A DNA stretch of 64,000 bases from an uncultured delta proteobacterium (lineage in GTDB: Bacteria > Myxococcota_A > Polyangia > Polyangiales > Polyangiaceae). Shown here piece by piece: positions 28,435 through 40,176 of the stretch. Position 1 is the first letter of the stretch, and every line of letters starts with the position of its first letter. The stretch spans positions 5,984,001-6,048,000 of the forward strand of contig CAWAIF010000003.1 in NCBI GenBank assembly GCA_963782055.1, written 5' to 3'. The translations under genes were made by a program, and so were the position numbers. The notes below the pieces were generated by a model. It had not been told where the DNA came from, ran no database searches, and saw only the letters and a list, made by a program, of their open reading frames with translations.

Positions 28435-30435
28435 CTACCCCGACACCGTCGGCGCGTCCTCCCCCGCAGCCGTCCCCCGCGGCTTCCCCGCCCGCGCCCT
28501 CAGCACCAGCTCCACCACGAGCAGCGCGAGCAGCGCGAGCGCGACGCGCGACGAGATGTCCACCAGCGTGCGCGTCGCGCCCAGGTGCGTGCCCGCCGCC
28601 TTCGCCGCCTTCGCGCGCGGACGCAGGTCCACCTCCCGCGCGACCGGCGCGGCCACCCGTAGCTCGTCCTCGTCGCCGTCCTTGATGTGGTAGGCGCCGA
28701 TGAGCGGCGGGGACACGTGGGCGCGCGTGCCGTCACGGACGACGTCGATGTCGGCCCCCTTCGTCTTGCTGCCGTCCGCGAGCACCCGCGGGGCGAGCGT
28801 CACGTGCGCGGAGGGCGAGACCGTCCACAGCGCGCCGACGTCGGTGCGGCGCGGCCGGGCGCGCACGCGGGCGAGATCGGCGAAGGCGTCGAGCAAGGTC
28901 AAGAAGCCGGGCCGCAGCACCAGATCGCTCTGGTCGGCGGAGAAGGGGAGCGTGACCACCCACGCCTCGCCGCGGCCGATGTGCCTGCGCGCCACGAGCG
29001 GCGCGCCGTCCGACCACGGCACCAGCGTCTCGAACGCCGACAGGTCCTCCGGCGCGAGGGTGGCGCGATGCGTGGCGCGGAGATCCGCCAGGCTCGCCGT
29101 CGACTCCCCGAGCAGGTCCCGGGCCTTGTCCGCGTCCGCCCCGCGCGCCGAGGTCTCCCCCCACGTCACCGCGCGCGTGACGATGGGCTCGAGCGAGGCG
29201 CCGAGCGGCGCCGCCGCCGCGCGCGGCCCGAGGGCGAGGAGCACCACGCCGCCGCGATCCATGTATCCTGCAATGGATCGCCGCTGCTCCGGCGTGAGGC
29301 CGGGCGGGTCGTCCAGGATCACACCTAGGAACGGCGCCAGATCCTCGGCGCGCTCGGGGACGGCGGGGATGGGCTTCACCGCGAGGTCGAGCCGCAGCGC
29401 GGAGAGCGCCTGCTCCAGCACCGGCGGCCCGCCCGTGGCGACGCTCTCCTGCGCGGCGTCGGCGACGATCGCCAGCGCGCCCGGCCCGCCGGAGACGACG
29501 ACCGGCGCCTCGTCGTCGGCCGCGATGGCGTCGGCGCCGTCCAGCCGTGCGACGAGGTTGGTCTTCGGCGCGTCCTTGGGGAGGGCGACGGTGATCTCCC
29601 CGGCGGCGCCCGGCGCGCTCGCGATCGACTTGCCGGCAGAAGCGATCTCCACCGTCCGCCCGTCCGCCGAAGCGCCCTTGCCGCAGGCGACGCGCACGCG
29701 CACGCGGCCGCCGAGATCGTCGGCGGAGAGCACCGCGCAGTCCGGCGCGTCCTTCGCGATGTCGTCGAGCGGCACCCACACCGGGAGGCTGGCCGACTCC
29801 CCGACAGGCGGCGCGTCGGGCCGACCGTCCGCCAGATCGGACAGCACGATGACCCGCTTGTCGACCTGCGGCAGCTTGTCCACGAGCGACTGCGCGATGG
29901 TGATGGCGCCGTCCAGGTCGGTCGCGCGGTCGCTCGGCGCCACGGTGTCGAGGGCGGCGCGGGCGGCGGCGAGATCCGTCGTGGCGGCCAGGCCGACGCG
30001 CGGCGGCGCCCCGGCGAGGACGATGGCGACCGCGTCCCCTTCCCGCGCGCCGGCGAGCAGGTCCGACGCCGCGTCCTTCGCGCGCTCGAAGCGGGTGCGA
30101 CCGCCGGACGCCGGCGCGCGCATGCTCATGGAGTCGTCCAGCACGATGGCCAGCGCCATGGAGGCGCCGGAGGAGCGCTCCACCGAGAGGCGCGAGCAGC
30201 GCACCAGCGGCGAGGCGCCCAGCAGCGCGAGCGCGGCGACGGCGAGCGCGCGCACGATGAACAGGGAGCGGTCCTCCAGGCGGGCCCGGCGACGAGCGCG
30301 CGGCGGCGCCGGCGCGACGAGGTGCGCGGCGGCGAAGGGGCGCTCGTCGGCGCGCTGCCGGCGCAGGCGGTGGGCGAGCAGCGGCAGCGCCACGAGGGCC
30401 ACGATCCCCAGGGCCAGCGCCGTGACGAAGCTCAC
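28435..30435 (-). CDS. BatA-N / VWA domain membrane protein
   Basis: N-terminal double TM with PLLAHRL, MIDAS motif DDSMSM, C-terminal TM. Follows DUF58. Confidence 0.85.
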   Translation of the reverse strand: MSFVTALALGIVALVALPLLAHRLRRQRADERPFAAAHLVAPAPPRARRRARLEDRSLFIVRALAVAALALLGASPLVRCSRLSVERSSGASMALAIVLDDSMSMRAPASGGRTRFERAKDAASDLLAGAREGDAVAIVLAGAPPRVGLAATTDLAAARAALDTVAPSDRATDLDGAITIAQSLVDKLPQVDKRVIVLSDLADGRPDAPPVGESASLPVWVPLDDIAKDAPDCAVLSADDLGGRVRVRVACGKGASADGRTVEIASAGKSIASAPGAAGEITVALPKDAPKTNLVARLDGADAIAADDEAPVVVSGGPGALAIVADAAQESVATGGPPVLEQALSALRLDLAVKPIPAVPERAEDLAPFLGVILDDPPGLTPEQRRSIAGYMDRGGVVLLALGPRAAAAPLGASLEPIVTRAVTWGETSARGADADKARDLLGESTASLADLRATHRATLAPEDLSAFETLVPWSDGAPLVARRHIGRGEAWVVTLPFSADQSDLVLRPGFLTLLDAFADLARVRARPRRTDVGALWTVSPSAHVTLAPRVLADGSKTKGADIDVVRDGTRAHVSPPLIGAYHIKDGDEDELRVAAPVAREVDLRPRAKAAKAAGTHLGATRTLVDISSRVALALLALLVVELVLRARAGKPRGTAAGEDAPTVSG

Positions 30436-30468
30436 CGGTGGTGACCTACCACGCGCCCCCCGGGCCCG

Positions 30469-31380
30469 CTATCGGATGGCCTCGATCACCCGGCGCACGA
30501 CCGCAACCGGATCGTCGGCGGTCGAGGCGATGACCAGCGCGCCCCCCCGCGCGAGCAGCTCGTCCCGCCAGCTCTGCTGGAGCGCAGCCAGCGACTCCAG
30601 GTAGCGCTCGCGCGTGGTCTCCACGTCGGTCTCCACCACCAGATCGCCCTCCAGCGAGCGCAGGCGCACCGTGCCCTCGAAGGGGAGGTCCACTTCGTCG
30701 GGGTCCAGGACCTGCAGGACCACGACGCTGCGGCCGCGCAGCGCGAGGCTGGAGACGAGCGTGGGCGCGTCGGGCGGCAGGTCGAGCAGATCGCTCGCCA
30801 GCACGACGACCGAGCCGCGACGCGCGGCGCGGGAGAGCGCCATCAAGGACCGGTCGAGCAGGGAAGGGTCGCGCCGCGCGTCCCCGGAGCACTCGACCTC
30901 CTCGAGCGAGCCGAGCACCCAATCGAACCCCTCGCGCCCGCCGGCGACCGGCACCGCGCGGGCGCCCTCGCCGGCGATGTACGCGAGCCCCACCGGGTCG
31001 CCGCTGGCGACGGAGATGCGCGCCAGCACCGTCGCCACGAGCGCCGCCATCGCCAGCTTGCTGCCCTGCGCGCGGGAGCCGCGGTAGGCCATGGACGCGC
31101 TGGCGTCGACGACGAGCCGCAGCGCGCGCTCGGTCTCGGTCTCGAACTGCCGCACCAGCAGGCGGTCGTGGCGCAGCAGGGAGCGCCTGTCGATCCAGCG
31201 CAGGTCGTCGCCGGGGACGTAGGCGCGGTGCCCGCCGAACTCGATGCCCGCGCCGCGCCGCGCGCTCTTGTGCGCGCCGGCGTAGATGCCCTCGGCCACC
31301 AGCTTGGAGCGGATGCGCAGGGGGCCGAGGCTCCCCCAGTCGACGCGGAGCGCCGCGTGGGAACGGGGCGCGCGCGCCAT
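30469..31380 (-). CDS. DUF58 domain protein
   Basis: GAHKS.RRGAGIEFGGHRAYVPGDDLRWID, VDASASM. Confidence 0.93.
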   Translation of the reverse strand: MARAPRSHAALRVDWGSLGPLRIRSKLVAEGIYAGAHKSARRGAGIEFGGHRAYVPGDDLRWIDRRSLLRHDRLLVRQFETETERALRLVVDASASMAYRGSRAQGSKLAMAALVATVLARISVASGDPVGLAYIAGEGARAVPVAGGREGFDWVLGSLEEVECSGDARRDPSLLDRSLMALSRAARRGSVVVLASDLLDLPPDAPTLVSSLALRGRSVVVLQVLDPDEVDLPFEGTVRLRSLEGDLVVETDVETTRERYLESLAALQQSWRDELLARGGALVIASTADDPVAVVRRVIEAIR

Positions 31381-33592
31381 CTACGGGAGGGTGAGGCCGG
31401 CGGGGGGCGGCACCGGGGGCAGCGCCGTGCCGACGAGCTCGCGCGCCATCTGCGACTCGAGCAGGTCCACGCCGGGGCCGGTGGCGACCTGGGCGAGCCC
31501 CGGCTTCGCGCCGGCGGCGTCGCCCTTCGCCCTGCGCTCGAGCGCGGCGTAGAAGAGCGCCTCCTCCTTGCGCGAGGGGCTCGTCGCGGCGTGGCTCAGG
31601 GCCGCGGCGTCGATCTTGCCGCGGCCGAAGGCGGCGAGCCTGGAGGCCCAGCGGCCATCGTCGCCGATGGAAGCGAGCACGCGCTCGGCCACGCCGTTGG
31701 TGCGCGCGTGCTGCTCGCGCTCGAGCGACTGCACCCAGAGGGCGAGGTAGACGAGAATCCTCGTCGGCCAGGTCGGCGCCCACGCCGCGGGAGAGGGCAT
31801 CGCGGGCGGCGTCCAGGTCCCCGTGCACGTACGCGCGCGACGCGGCCAGCGCGAGCGTCGCCGCCGCCTCCGCCTTGTGGTGCGGCGCCGCCTCGTACGC
31901 GCGCTCCAGCGCATCCCCCGCTTCCTTGCGCATGCCGAAGCGATCCAGCACCTGCGACAGGGCGCGCTCCACGCGGGCGCGCACGCGCGCGTCGCCCTTG
32001 GCGCGGGCCGGGGCGAGCAGGTGGAACGCGGCGGCGAGCGCCGCCTGCGCCCCGTGCTCGTCGTGCATCTTCTGGGCGACCTCGCTGGAGGCGAGGAGCA
32101 GCTGCGACCTCAGCACGATGTCGCGGGAGGCCTCGGGGAGGGTGAGCGCCTTCTGCAGATGCGCGGCCGCCTGCTTGTCCTTGCCGTCGTGCTGCTCGAT
32201 GCGCGCGAGGTCGAGCAGCGCGCGCGCGCCGGGGTCCGACGCGATGGACGCGGTGAGCAGGCCGCGCGCGGCGTCCAGCCGGCCCTCGCGGAGCTCGATC
32301 TCGCCCATGTCCGCCTGCACCACGGCGGGGCTGGGCTTGAGGCCGGTGACCTTGGCGTGCGCGGCGATGTCCAGGATGGGCGCGGCGGCGCGGAAGACGC
32401 GGCGCGCGGTGTCCGTCCGGCCGTCCTGCGAGGCCTCGTCCATGCCCTGCATGGTGATGCGCAGAGCGAAGCTGAGCGTCTGCTGGTCCGGGTGCGCGCG
32501 GCAGGCGTCCTCGAGCACCGCGGGGCTCACCTCCGGCATGCCGAAGGAGCCGAGCGCCTCCGCGATGGTGGCCGCCGCCTCCAGGCGCGTCGGGTCGAGT
32601 CGGTAGGCCTCGCTCGCGGCGGTGAAGGCCGCGGCGCGGAGCAGATCGCGGTCGAGCACCGGATCGTCCTCCTGGCTGCTCTCGTCCGCCTCGGCGGGGA
32701 AGAGGGCGTGCAGCACCTCCACCCAGCGATCGGCGGTGGGCTTGTCACCCACGTCGCTCACCGCGTCGTAGAGGTGCTCCGGCACCAGCGGCGGCAGGAG
32801 CTTCACGCGCGTCAGCGTCTTCACCGCGCCCTCGGCGTCGCCCTCGCGCAGGTACAGGCCGACGATGGTGGAGCCCGCCGACTGCAGCGCGCGGATGGCC
32901 TCGGCGCGCTCGTACTGCGAGAGGCTCCCGCGCGGGCGCGACGAGACGCGCTCGCGCGCGCGGTCCAGCCAGTCGACCGACGCCTGCACCGCGTCGTCGA
33001 GGGCGGCCTGGCTCGGCTCGAGCAGGGCGCGCTGGATCGCCTGGTCCTGCACGTCCGCGGCGCCGCCGATGGACGGGTCGCTCCCGGAGGTGTCGTGCGT
33101 CCACTGGGCGAGGGCCTTGAGGTGAAAGCCGGCGTCGGCCTTCTGGGCGGGCGTGCCGATGCGCGAGAGGATCTCGAAGATGGCGCGGCTGCGGCCCTCT
33201 TCACCGCGCGCGGACAGCGCCTTGCCGGCCGCGGCGATGGCGGCGGGGCCGTCCGGGCCGAGCGTCTCCGCCTTGAGATCGCCGGTGCGCAGCAGGAGCA
33301 GACCGCCGGTGACCGCGGCGACGCCACGGCCGGCGGAGCGCCCGTGGAAGAGGGCCTCCGCGCGGCTCATCTGCCGGCTCAGAACGCCTTGCAGGCGGGC
33401 GGACCGCTCCGCCGACCCCGGCTCGCTCATGAGGAGGTCGCGCACCGCGGGCGCGAAGTCGTCGTCGGACACTGCGGTGGGTGAGGCGAGGCCTTCCCCG
33501 CCGTGTCTGGCCCCCCGCCCCCCGGCGGCCGGACCACACCCCACTGCCAGAGCCAGCGCTGCCACGCACGGGAAAAATCGACGAAAACGCAT
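31381..33592 (-). CDS. TPR-rich lipoprotein, split by a +1 frameshift near 31756
   Basis: Lipobox AVGC and helical repeats. Removing one base from AGAATCC restores ...[15 protein letters not shown]... through to the stop at 31381. Confidence 0.75.
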
Positions 33593-33625
33593 GGACGGCG
33601 GGTACTTTACACTACACTCGGTCCC

Positions 33626-35003
<1,378 letters not shown>

Positions 35004-35018
35004 CGGTAGCCTCGGGAC

Positions 35019-35267
35019 ATGCCGCCCCGCCCTCGCGTTCCTCGCAAGCTCCTGGTGGCCTCCCTGGGGGTCGCCGCCGTCAGCTACGTCGCCTGCGGGC
35101 AGGAGACGTCAGGCAACCTCGTCGCGCCCCCGCAGGACGCCTCGCTGAAGGACGTGCAGGAGGAGCAGCTCGTCGCCAACCTGCTGCCGCCGCCGATGGA
35201 CGCCGGCCTCGAGGTCTCGACAGGCGATGCCGGCGCCGACGCCGCGGACGACGCGCAGGGAGACTGA
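35019..35267 (+). CDS. Small lipoprotein with two (G/A)NL(V/L)(A/P)PP motifs
   Basis: Signal peptide ending [12 protein letters not shown] and VANLLPPP; acidic DAG tail. Confidence 0.75.
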   Translation: MPPRPRVPRKLLVASLGVAAVSYVACGQETSGNLVAPPQDASLKDVQEEQLVANLLPPPMDAGLEVSTGDAGADAADDAQGD

Positions 35268-35271
35268 GCCG

Positions 35272-36078
35272 GTGCACGCGGAGCTCTTCGAGCTGGAGAT
35301 GCTCGGCGAGGGCATCGAGCGGCGCTACCGCAAGATGCGGCCGGAGGTGGAGGCGATGCCGTGGGGGACGCTGGACACGCGCGGCATCCCCCCGCAGGCG
35401 GTGGTGCTCGCGCGCAAGTCGTGGACGGGCGCCGCCTACCAGGAGCACCGCACCGGCGTCGCGTGCTGCGCCACGCTGCGCGCGCTGATGGAGTGCCGCG
35501 CCCCGCTGGACCTGGTGGCGATGGCGGCGCGCTTCCCGCTGGACGAGGTGGTGCACGTGGAGCTGTGCGCGCGCATGGCGATGGAGCTCGGCGGCGGCAC
35601 CGAGATCGTCCACGACCCCGACATGATGATCGCCGACGCCGACGAGACGCTCTCGCCGTTCTTGCGGGCCTCCGATCTCGTCGTGCGCTTCTTCTGCGTG
35701 GGCGAGGCGCTGAGCATCCCGCTGCTGCGCGGCACCTGGCGCGCGGCGAAGCACCCCCTGCCCCGCGCGGTGCTGGGGCGCATCGTGCGGGACGAGGCCG
35801 CGCACGGCACCTTCGGCTTCACCTTCCTCGACTGGGCCGGCACGCGCTACACGGAGGCGGACCGCGCGTTCCTCGGCGCGCGGGCGGACCGGACGATCCG
35901 TGCAGTCTACAAGCAGTGGGCGCACATCAAGAAGAACCGGAAGGGGACGTGGGACAGCACCGCGGGGGACGCGCTGGCGTGGATGGAGTCGGATGCGTAC
36001 ATGGAGCTGGCGGTGGCGTCGCTCGAGACGAAGGTGAGGGCGCCCTTGCGAGCGCGGGGGATCCCCGTCACGGCGTGA
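35272..36078 (+). CDS. Ferritin-like di-iron protein
   Basis: Paired E...DExxH motifs: QEHRT/DEVVH and GEALS/DEAAH. Confidence 0.85.
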   Translation: MHAELFELEMLGEGIERRYRKMRPEVEAMPWGTLDTRGIPPQAVVLARKSWTGAAYQEHRTGVACCATLRALMECRAPLDLVAMAARFPLDEVVHVELCARMAMELGGGTEIVHDPDMMIADADETLSPFLRASDLVVRFFCVGEALSIPLLRGTWRAAKHPLPRAVLGRIVRDEAAHGTFGFTFLDWAGTRYTEADRAFLGARADRTIRAVYKQWAHIKKNRKGTWDSTAGDALAWMESDAYMELAVASLETKVRAPLRARGIPVTA

Positions 36079-36109
36079 GGCGGGTCGCGCGCGCATGCGC
36101 ACGTGGACG

Positions 36110-37426
36110 TCACAGGTCGAAGGTGGCGAGGTCCTGTTCGCGGACGGGCGGCTGATCGCGAGCCTCGGGGACGACGGAGACGTCGGCGCGGATCAGGCGG
36201 ACGCGGGTGGCGTCGTGAAGGGTGGGGTCGGTGCGGGCGAGGTAGATGGCGAAGGCGTGGAGGCGCTCGGGGCTGACGGGGTGCGTCGCGCCGGCGAGGG
36301 CCCAGACCACGCCCCACTGGCGCTGGGAGCGGTGGCCGCGCGCGTCGCGCAGGACGTGGACGTCCACCTCGTGGCCGTCCCGGAGGGTGGCGCGGGCGCG
36401 CAGGTCGGGCATGACGGTGGCGGGGCGCCACTGGAAGGTCGGGTAGCAGGCGAAGGGGTACGACTGCATCTGCCCGCGCGCGCCCTGCACCACCGCGCCG
36501 GTGACCAGCGCGGCGCCGACGAGCAGCGTCACCAGGCGTCGTGAAGAGGCCTCGCGCGGCGCCGTCTCGCCGGCGACGGCGCCACCGGGACGAGGCCCGC
36601 GCTGCAGCCACCCGAGCGCGCGGCGCACGTCGAAGAGCACGACGTAGCAGGCCCAGAGGCTCACGAAGGGGATGAGGAAGATCGCCTGGGCGAGCAGGTG
36701 GAAGAGGAGGCCTAGGACCGCCGCGACAGGGCGCGCCGGACGCCACAGGAAGAGCACCGGCGCCGCCAGCTCGAAGCCGAGGACGAAGAGGCCGCCGCCG
36801 TGCAGGAGCCACGGGTGGTGGTCGATGCGAAAGGCGGGGACGGTCCCGTGCTCGGCCCACTTCCACCAGAGCTGGTTGCGCAGGTTGTCGGAGAGCGCCC
36901 ACCCGAGCCCCTGCTGGGCGAGCTTGTGCACGCCCGGGAAGAAGTAGACGGCGCCGAGCAGGAGGCGCGCGAAGAGGAGCGGCACGCCGTAGGCGAGGGA
37001 CGCGGGCGCGGGCGGGCGGCGGTCGAACGCGAGGGCGTGATCGCACGGGCTCGCCGCGAGCAGCGCGCACATCCAGAGCAGGTGCATGTCGTGCCAGACG
37101 AAGCCGGTGAGCTGCGCGATGGAGAAGAGGTAGAAGGCGCCGAGGGTCAGCACGAGGAGCGCCGGGCGCGCGCGCAGGCCCACGGTGGCGAGCAGCGCGG
37201 CGAGGACGGTGACGAGCTCCACGCCGATCGCGAGCCAGGGGTGGATGGGCACGACGCGCACGAACCAGCCGAGCCCCTCCGGCACGACGTAGAGCGCGTG
37301 GTCCAGCCGCGCCACGCGCACGCCCTCGCGGAGGCCGGGCGCGGAGAGAACCATCAGCGGGACGACAATCCGCAGGGCGGCGAGCGTCTCCGGCGGCTCG
37401 GCCTCCAGCACGCGCGGGAGCTTCAC
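36110..37426 (-). CDS. HTTM-domain membrane protein
   Basis: LAALRIVV, multiple TMs, VYFFPGVHKL, FELAAP, LLFHL, YPFACYPTF. Confidence 0.8.
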   Translation of the reverse strand: MKLPRVLEAEPPETLAALRIVVPLMVLSAPGLREGVRVARLDHALYVVPEGLGWFVRVVPIHPWLAIGVELVTVLAALLATVGLRARPALLVLTLGAFYLFSIAQLTGFVWHDMHLLWMCALLAASPCDHALAFDRRPPAPASLAYGVPLLFARLLLGAVYFFPGVHKLAQQGLGWALSDNLRNQLWWKWAEHGTVPAFRIDHHPWLLHGGGLFVLGFELAAPVLFLWRPARPVAAVLGLLFHLLAQAIFLIPFVSLWACYVVLFDVRRALGWLQRGPRPGGAVAGETAPREASSRRLVTLLVGAALVTGAVVQGARGQMQSYPFACYPTFQWRPATVMPDLRARATLRDGHEVDVHVLRDARGHRSQRQWGVVWALAGATHPVSPERLHAFAIYLARTDPTLHDATRVRLIRADVSVVPEARDQPPVREQDLATFDL

Positions 37427-37692
37427 GCGCCCCCGCGGCTGCGGCCTGTGGCGATGGCGACGGCGATGCCCTGGAGCAGTACGCCCCGAACGTGCTCGCG
37501 CAGCTGCGAGCCGGCGACCATCGCTGCCATGGCGGACGCCGCGTTGGCGCCGTCACGCCGCACCTTCCCGGTCAGCACGCCGTCCAGGCGGGTCCGGGAG
37601 CAGACGACCCCCACCAGCGTCACGTCGCCCCGGTGCGTCCGGAGAAACGGGGCGTCGTCGAAGCCGATGACGTTGGTCCGGAGCAGACCCAC
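37423..37692 (-). pseudogene. Truncated DUF99 (endonuclease V-like) gene
   Basis: NVIGFDDAPF...LDGVL..KVRRDG.NA...VLLQGIAVA, then similarity ends; about half the usual length. Confidence 0.75.
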
Positions 37693-37856
37693 CGGGTGGA
37701 GCATAGAGCACCCAGGCCAGGCCCGCGGGGGCCGCGGCTGCCCGAACCACCCCGCGAGGCGCCGCGATCCACTCGCGGCCCCTGGCGAGTTCTGGCCATC
37801 CTGCTACAAAAAGACCGGGCTGGCGCTCTGGTACGCCGGATGCTTGCGTGGAGGCG

Positions 37857-39381
37857 ATGAGACTCCGAGGGCTGCTCGTGATGGGGGCGTTACTGGTCGC
37901 GTGCGGCAGCACGGGGAGCAGCCCCGCACCCGTGCCGCAAGCCGGCGGGCCGCTCGCGCAGTCCTTCGACGCGAGCGCCGCGGCCAACGCCGTCCCGCGC
38001 AATCTGCTCGTCGCGATCGCGCAGGTCGAGGGCGGCCTCACGATGCCCGCCACGCGCGTCGTGGACCCCGCGGCGCAGGTGCCGGTGGCCGGGCCGATGG
38101 AGCTTCGCCACGGCGCGTTCGACTCGCTCGCCCGCGGCGCCGCGCTGATGGGCGCGAGCGAGCTGGCCCTCCGGCAGGACACCGACACGGGCCTGGAGGC
38201 GGGCGCCCGGGTGCTGGCGGAGCTCGGGTCGGAGCACGGCGCGCACGGCGGAGACCTGGCGAGCTGGAAGGACGCGATCGAGGAGCTCTCCGGCTTCTCC
38301 GACGCGGCGCACCGCGAGCACTACGCGCACGAGGTCTTCGCCCTGCTGGCGAGCGGCGGCACCTTCCCCGGTCGCGACGGCGAGTCGGTGACGATCGCCG
38401 CGCACCCCGAGCTGCCGCCTACCCTGACGCTGGACGTGTCGGACGCGCTGCACACGCTGGGCAAGGCGGAGTACCCGGGCGCGGAGTGGATCCCCACGAG
38501 CTGCACGAACAAGTGCGACACGACACGCGGCGGGGCGACGGTGCAGTACGTCGTCATCCACGACACCGAGGGCGGGTGGAACGCGAGCGTCGCCACCCTG
38601 CAGAACGACCCGGGCAAGAGCGTGCAGTACATCGTCGGTCAGGACGGCCACGTCGCCCAGTTCGTGCCCGAGTCGTACACGGCGTGGCACGCCGGGAACT
38701 ACTGGTACAACCAGCGCTCGGTCGGCATCGAGCACGTGGGCTACTACAAGCAGCCCTACCCGGAGGCACAGTACGCCTCCAGCGCGAAGCTCGTCGGCTA
38801 CCTGACGGGCAAGTACAAGGTGAAGAAGGACCGCGCCCACATCATCGGGCACGACCAGAATCCCCAACGGCAACGTGATGGCGCAGAGCTCCGCGCCCTG
38901 CAGCAAGTCCCCCTCCTCGTGCGAGTCGGGCTCCAGCTACGGCGGCGCGGGCAACCACCGCGACCCCGGCATCTGGGAGTGGTGCACGTACATGCCGAGG
39001 TTCGGCGGCACCTGCAAGTGCAACGACATCTGGAATCTGTGGAACTGCTCCTCGGACCACACCAAGGCGTTCCGGTGTACCAACGGGCAGGTGCAGCTCG
39101 AGACGTGCGACGGCCCCGGCGCGTGCCAGTCCAAGCCCATCGGCCAGAACGACGTCTGCAACCAGGCGCCGCCGCCGGATGACGCGGGCGTGCCCACGGG
39201 TCCGTTGCCTCCGCCGCCGCTCCCGCAAGACAGCACCGCGGCGCCGGGCGGGGGCAACGGGAACACCGCGCCGGGCGAGGGCGGCGGCTGCTCCACCGCG
39301 CCGGGCTCGCGGGGCGACGCGATGGCGCTTGGCCTCCTCGCCGCCGCCCTGATCTTCTCCCGCAAGCGCCGCCGCCCCTGA
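37857..39381 (+). CDS. N-acetylmuramoyl-L-alanine amidase (Amidase_2) lipoprotein with MYXO-CTERM-like tail, split by a +1 frameshift near 38858
   Basis: LVAC lipobox, VVIHDTEG, AWHAGN, SVGIEHVG, HIIGH; the second frame has HRDPG, a Cys-rich region and GGGCS...LLAAALIFSRKRRRP. Confidence 0.9.
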
Positions 39382-39471
39382 GCCCATCGCGCCTTGCGCG
39401 CGATAATCGCCCGGCCAGGTCACCGGGACGCCCCCCTGTCCCCCCTGTCCCCCTTCCTGTCCCCGGACACC

Positions 39472-39509
39472 AAACGTCGAACGGCAGGCATGCTTGCAAT
39501 TCGACGTTT
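39472..39509. promoter_or_regulatory. 38-bp imperfect palindrome upstream of the MarR gene (candidate operator)
   Basis: AAACGTCGAA-cg-GCAGGCATGCTTGC-aa-TTCGACGTTT. Confidence 0.55.
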
Positions 39510-39563
39510 CAGCGGGAATCTGGAGAGAGGGGGGGTGGCATGGGGTGTGCTGATGGTGAGGGG

Positions 39564-40154
39564 ATGGACCCTGTGTTCTTCACCATCAAGCGGGCTTACT
39601 ACGCGACGCTGAAGCTCACGCGGCGGGCGCTGGCGGCGATGGGACTCACCGCAGCGCGGTTCGACCTTCTCGACGCGATGTACCGGCTCGGGGCGCGCCG
39701 CGTTCACCTTCAGAGCAACCTTCGACGCGGACTCGGCGTCGCGCGCTCCACCATCAGCGTGATGATGCGGTCGCTCGAGCGGCTGGGGCTCGTGACGCGG
39801 CGGCGTGACGGGCGCGACATCCTGGTCGCGCTGACGCCGGAGGGGCGCGGCCGCGTGCGCCGCGCCTTCTACGGGCTCGTGCTGGTCGGCCACGTCGGGC
39901 TGGCGCTCGACGGCGCGCTCGCCCCCGGCGAGCGGCGCTGGCCCGCACAACGCGCGTGCGTCCGCGCCCGCCGGCACCTCCAGGTGCTCTGCCTGCGCAT
40001 TCGAGACGGCTTCGGCGACGCGGCCGACCTGGACCGCCTCGGGAGCCTCTGGTGGGTGCGAGATCAAGAGACGGCACGCCGGGCACGCAGCCACGAGGCG
40101 CGCCGGCAGCGGCAGCTCGGCGACACGTATCCGCCGGTCGCGCCCTCGGCTTGA
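39564..40154 (+). CDS. MarR-family transcriptional regulator
   Basis: GLTAARFDLL, LGVARSTISVMMRSLERLGLVTR, LTPEGR. Confidence 0.85.
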   Translation: MDPVFFTIKRAYYATLKLTRRALAAMGLTAARFDLLDAMYRLGARRVHLQSNLRRGLGVARSTISVMMRSLERLGLVTRRRDGRDILVALTPEGRGRVRRAFYGLVLVGHVGLALDGALAPGERRWPAQRACVRARRHLQVLCLRIRDGFGDAADLDRLGSLWWVRDQETARRARSHEARRQRQLGDTYPPVAPSA

Positions 40155-40176
40155 ACGGCGCGCGCCGGCGCTCTAC

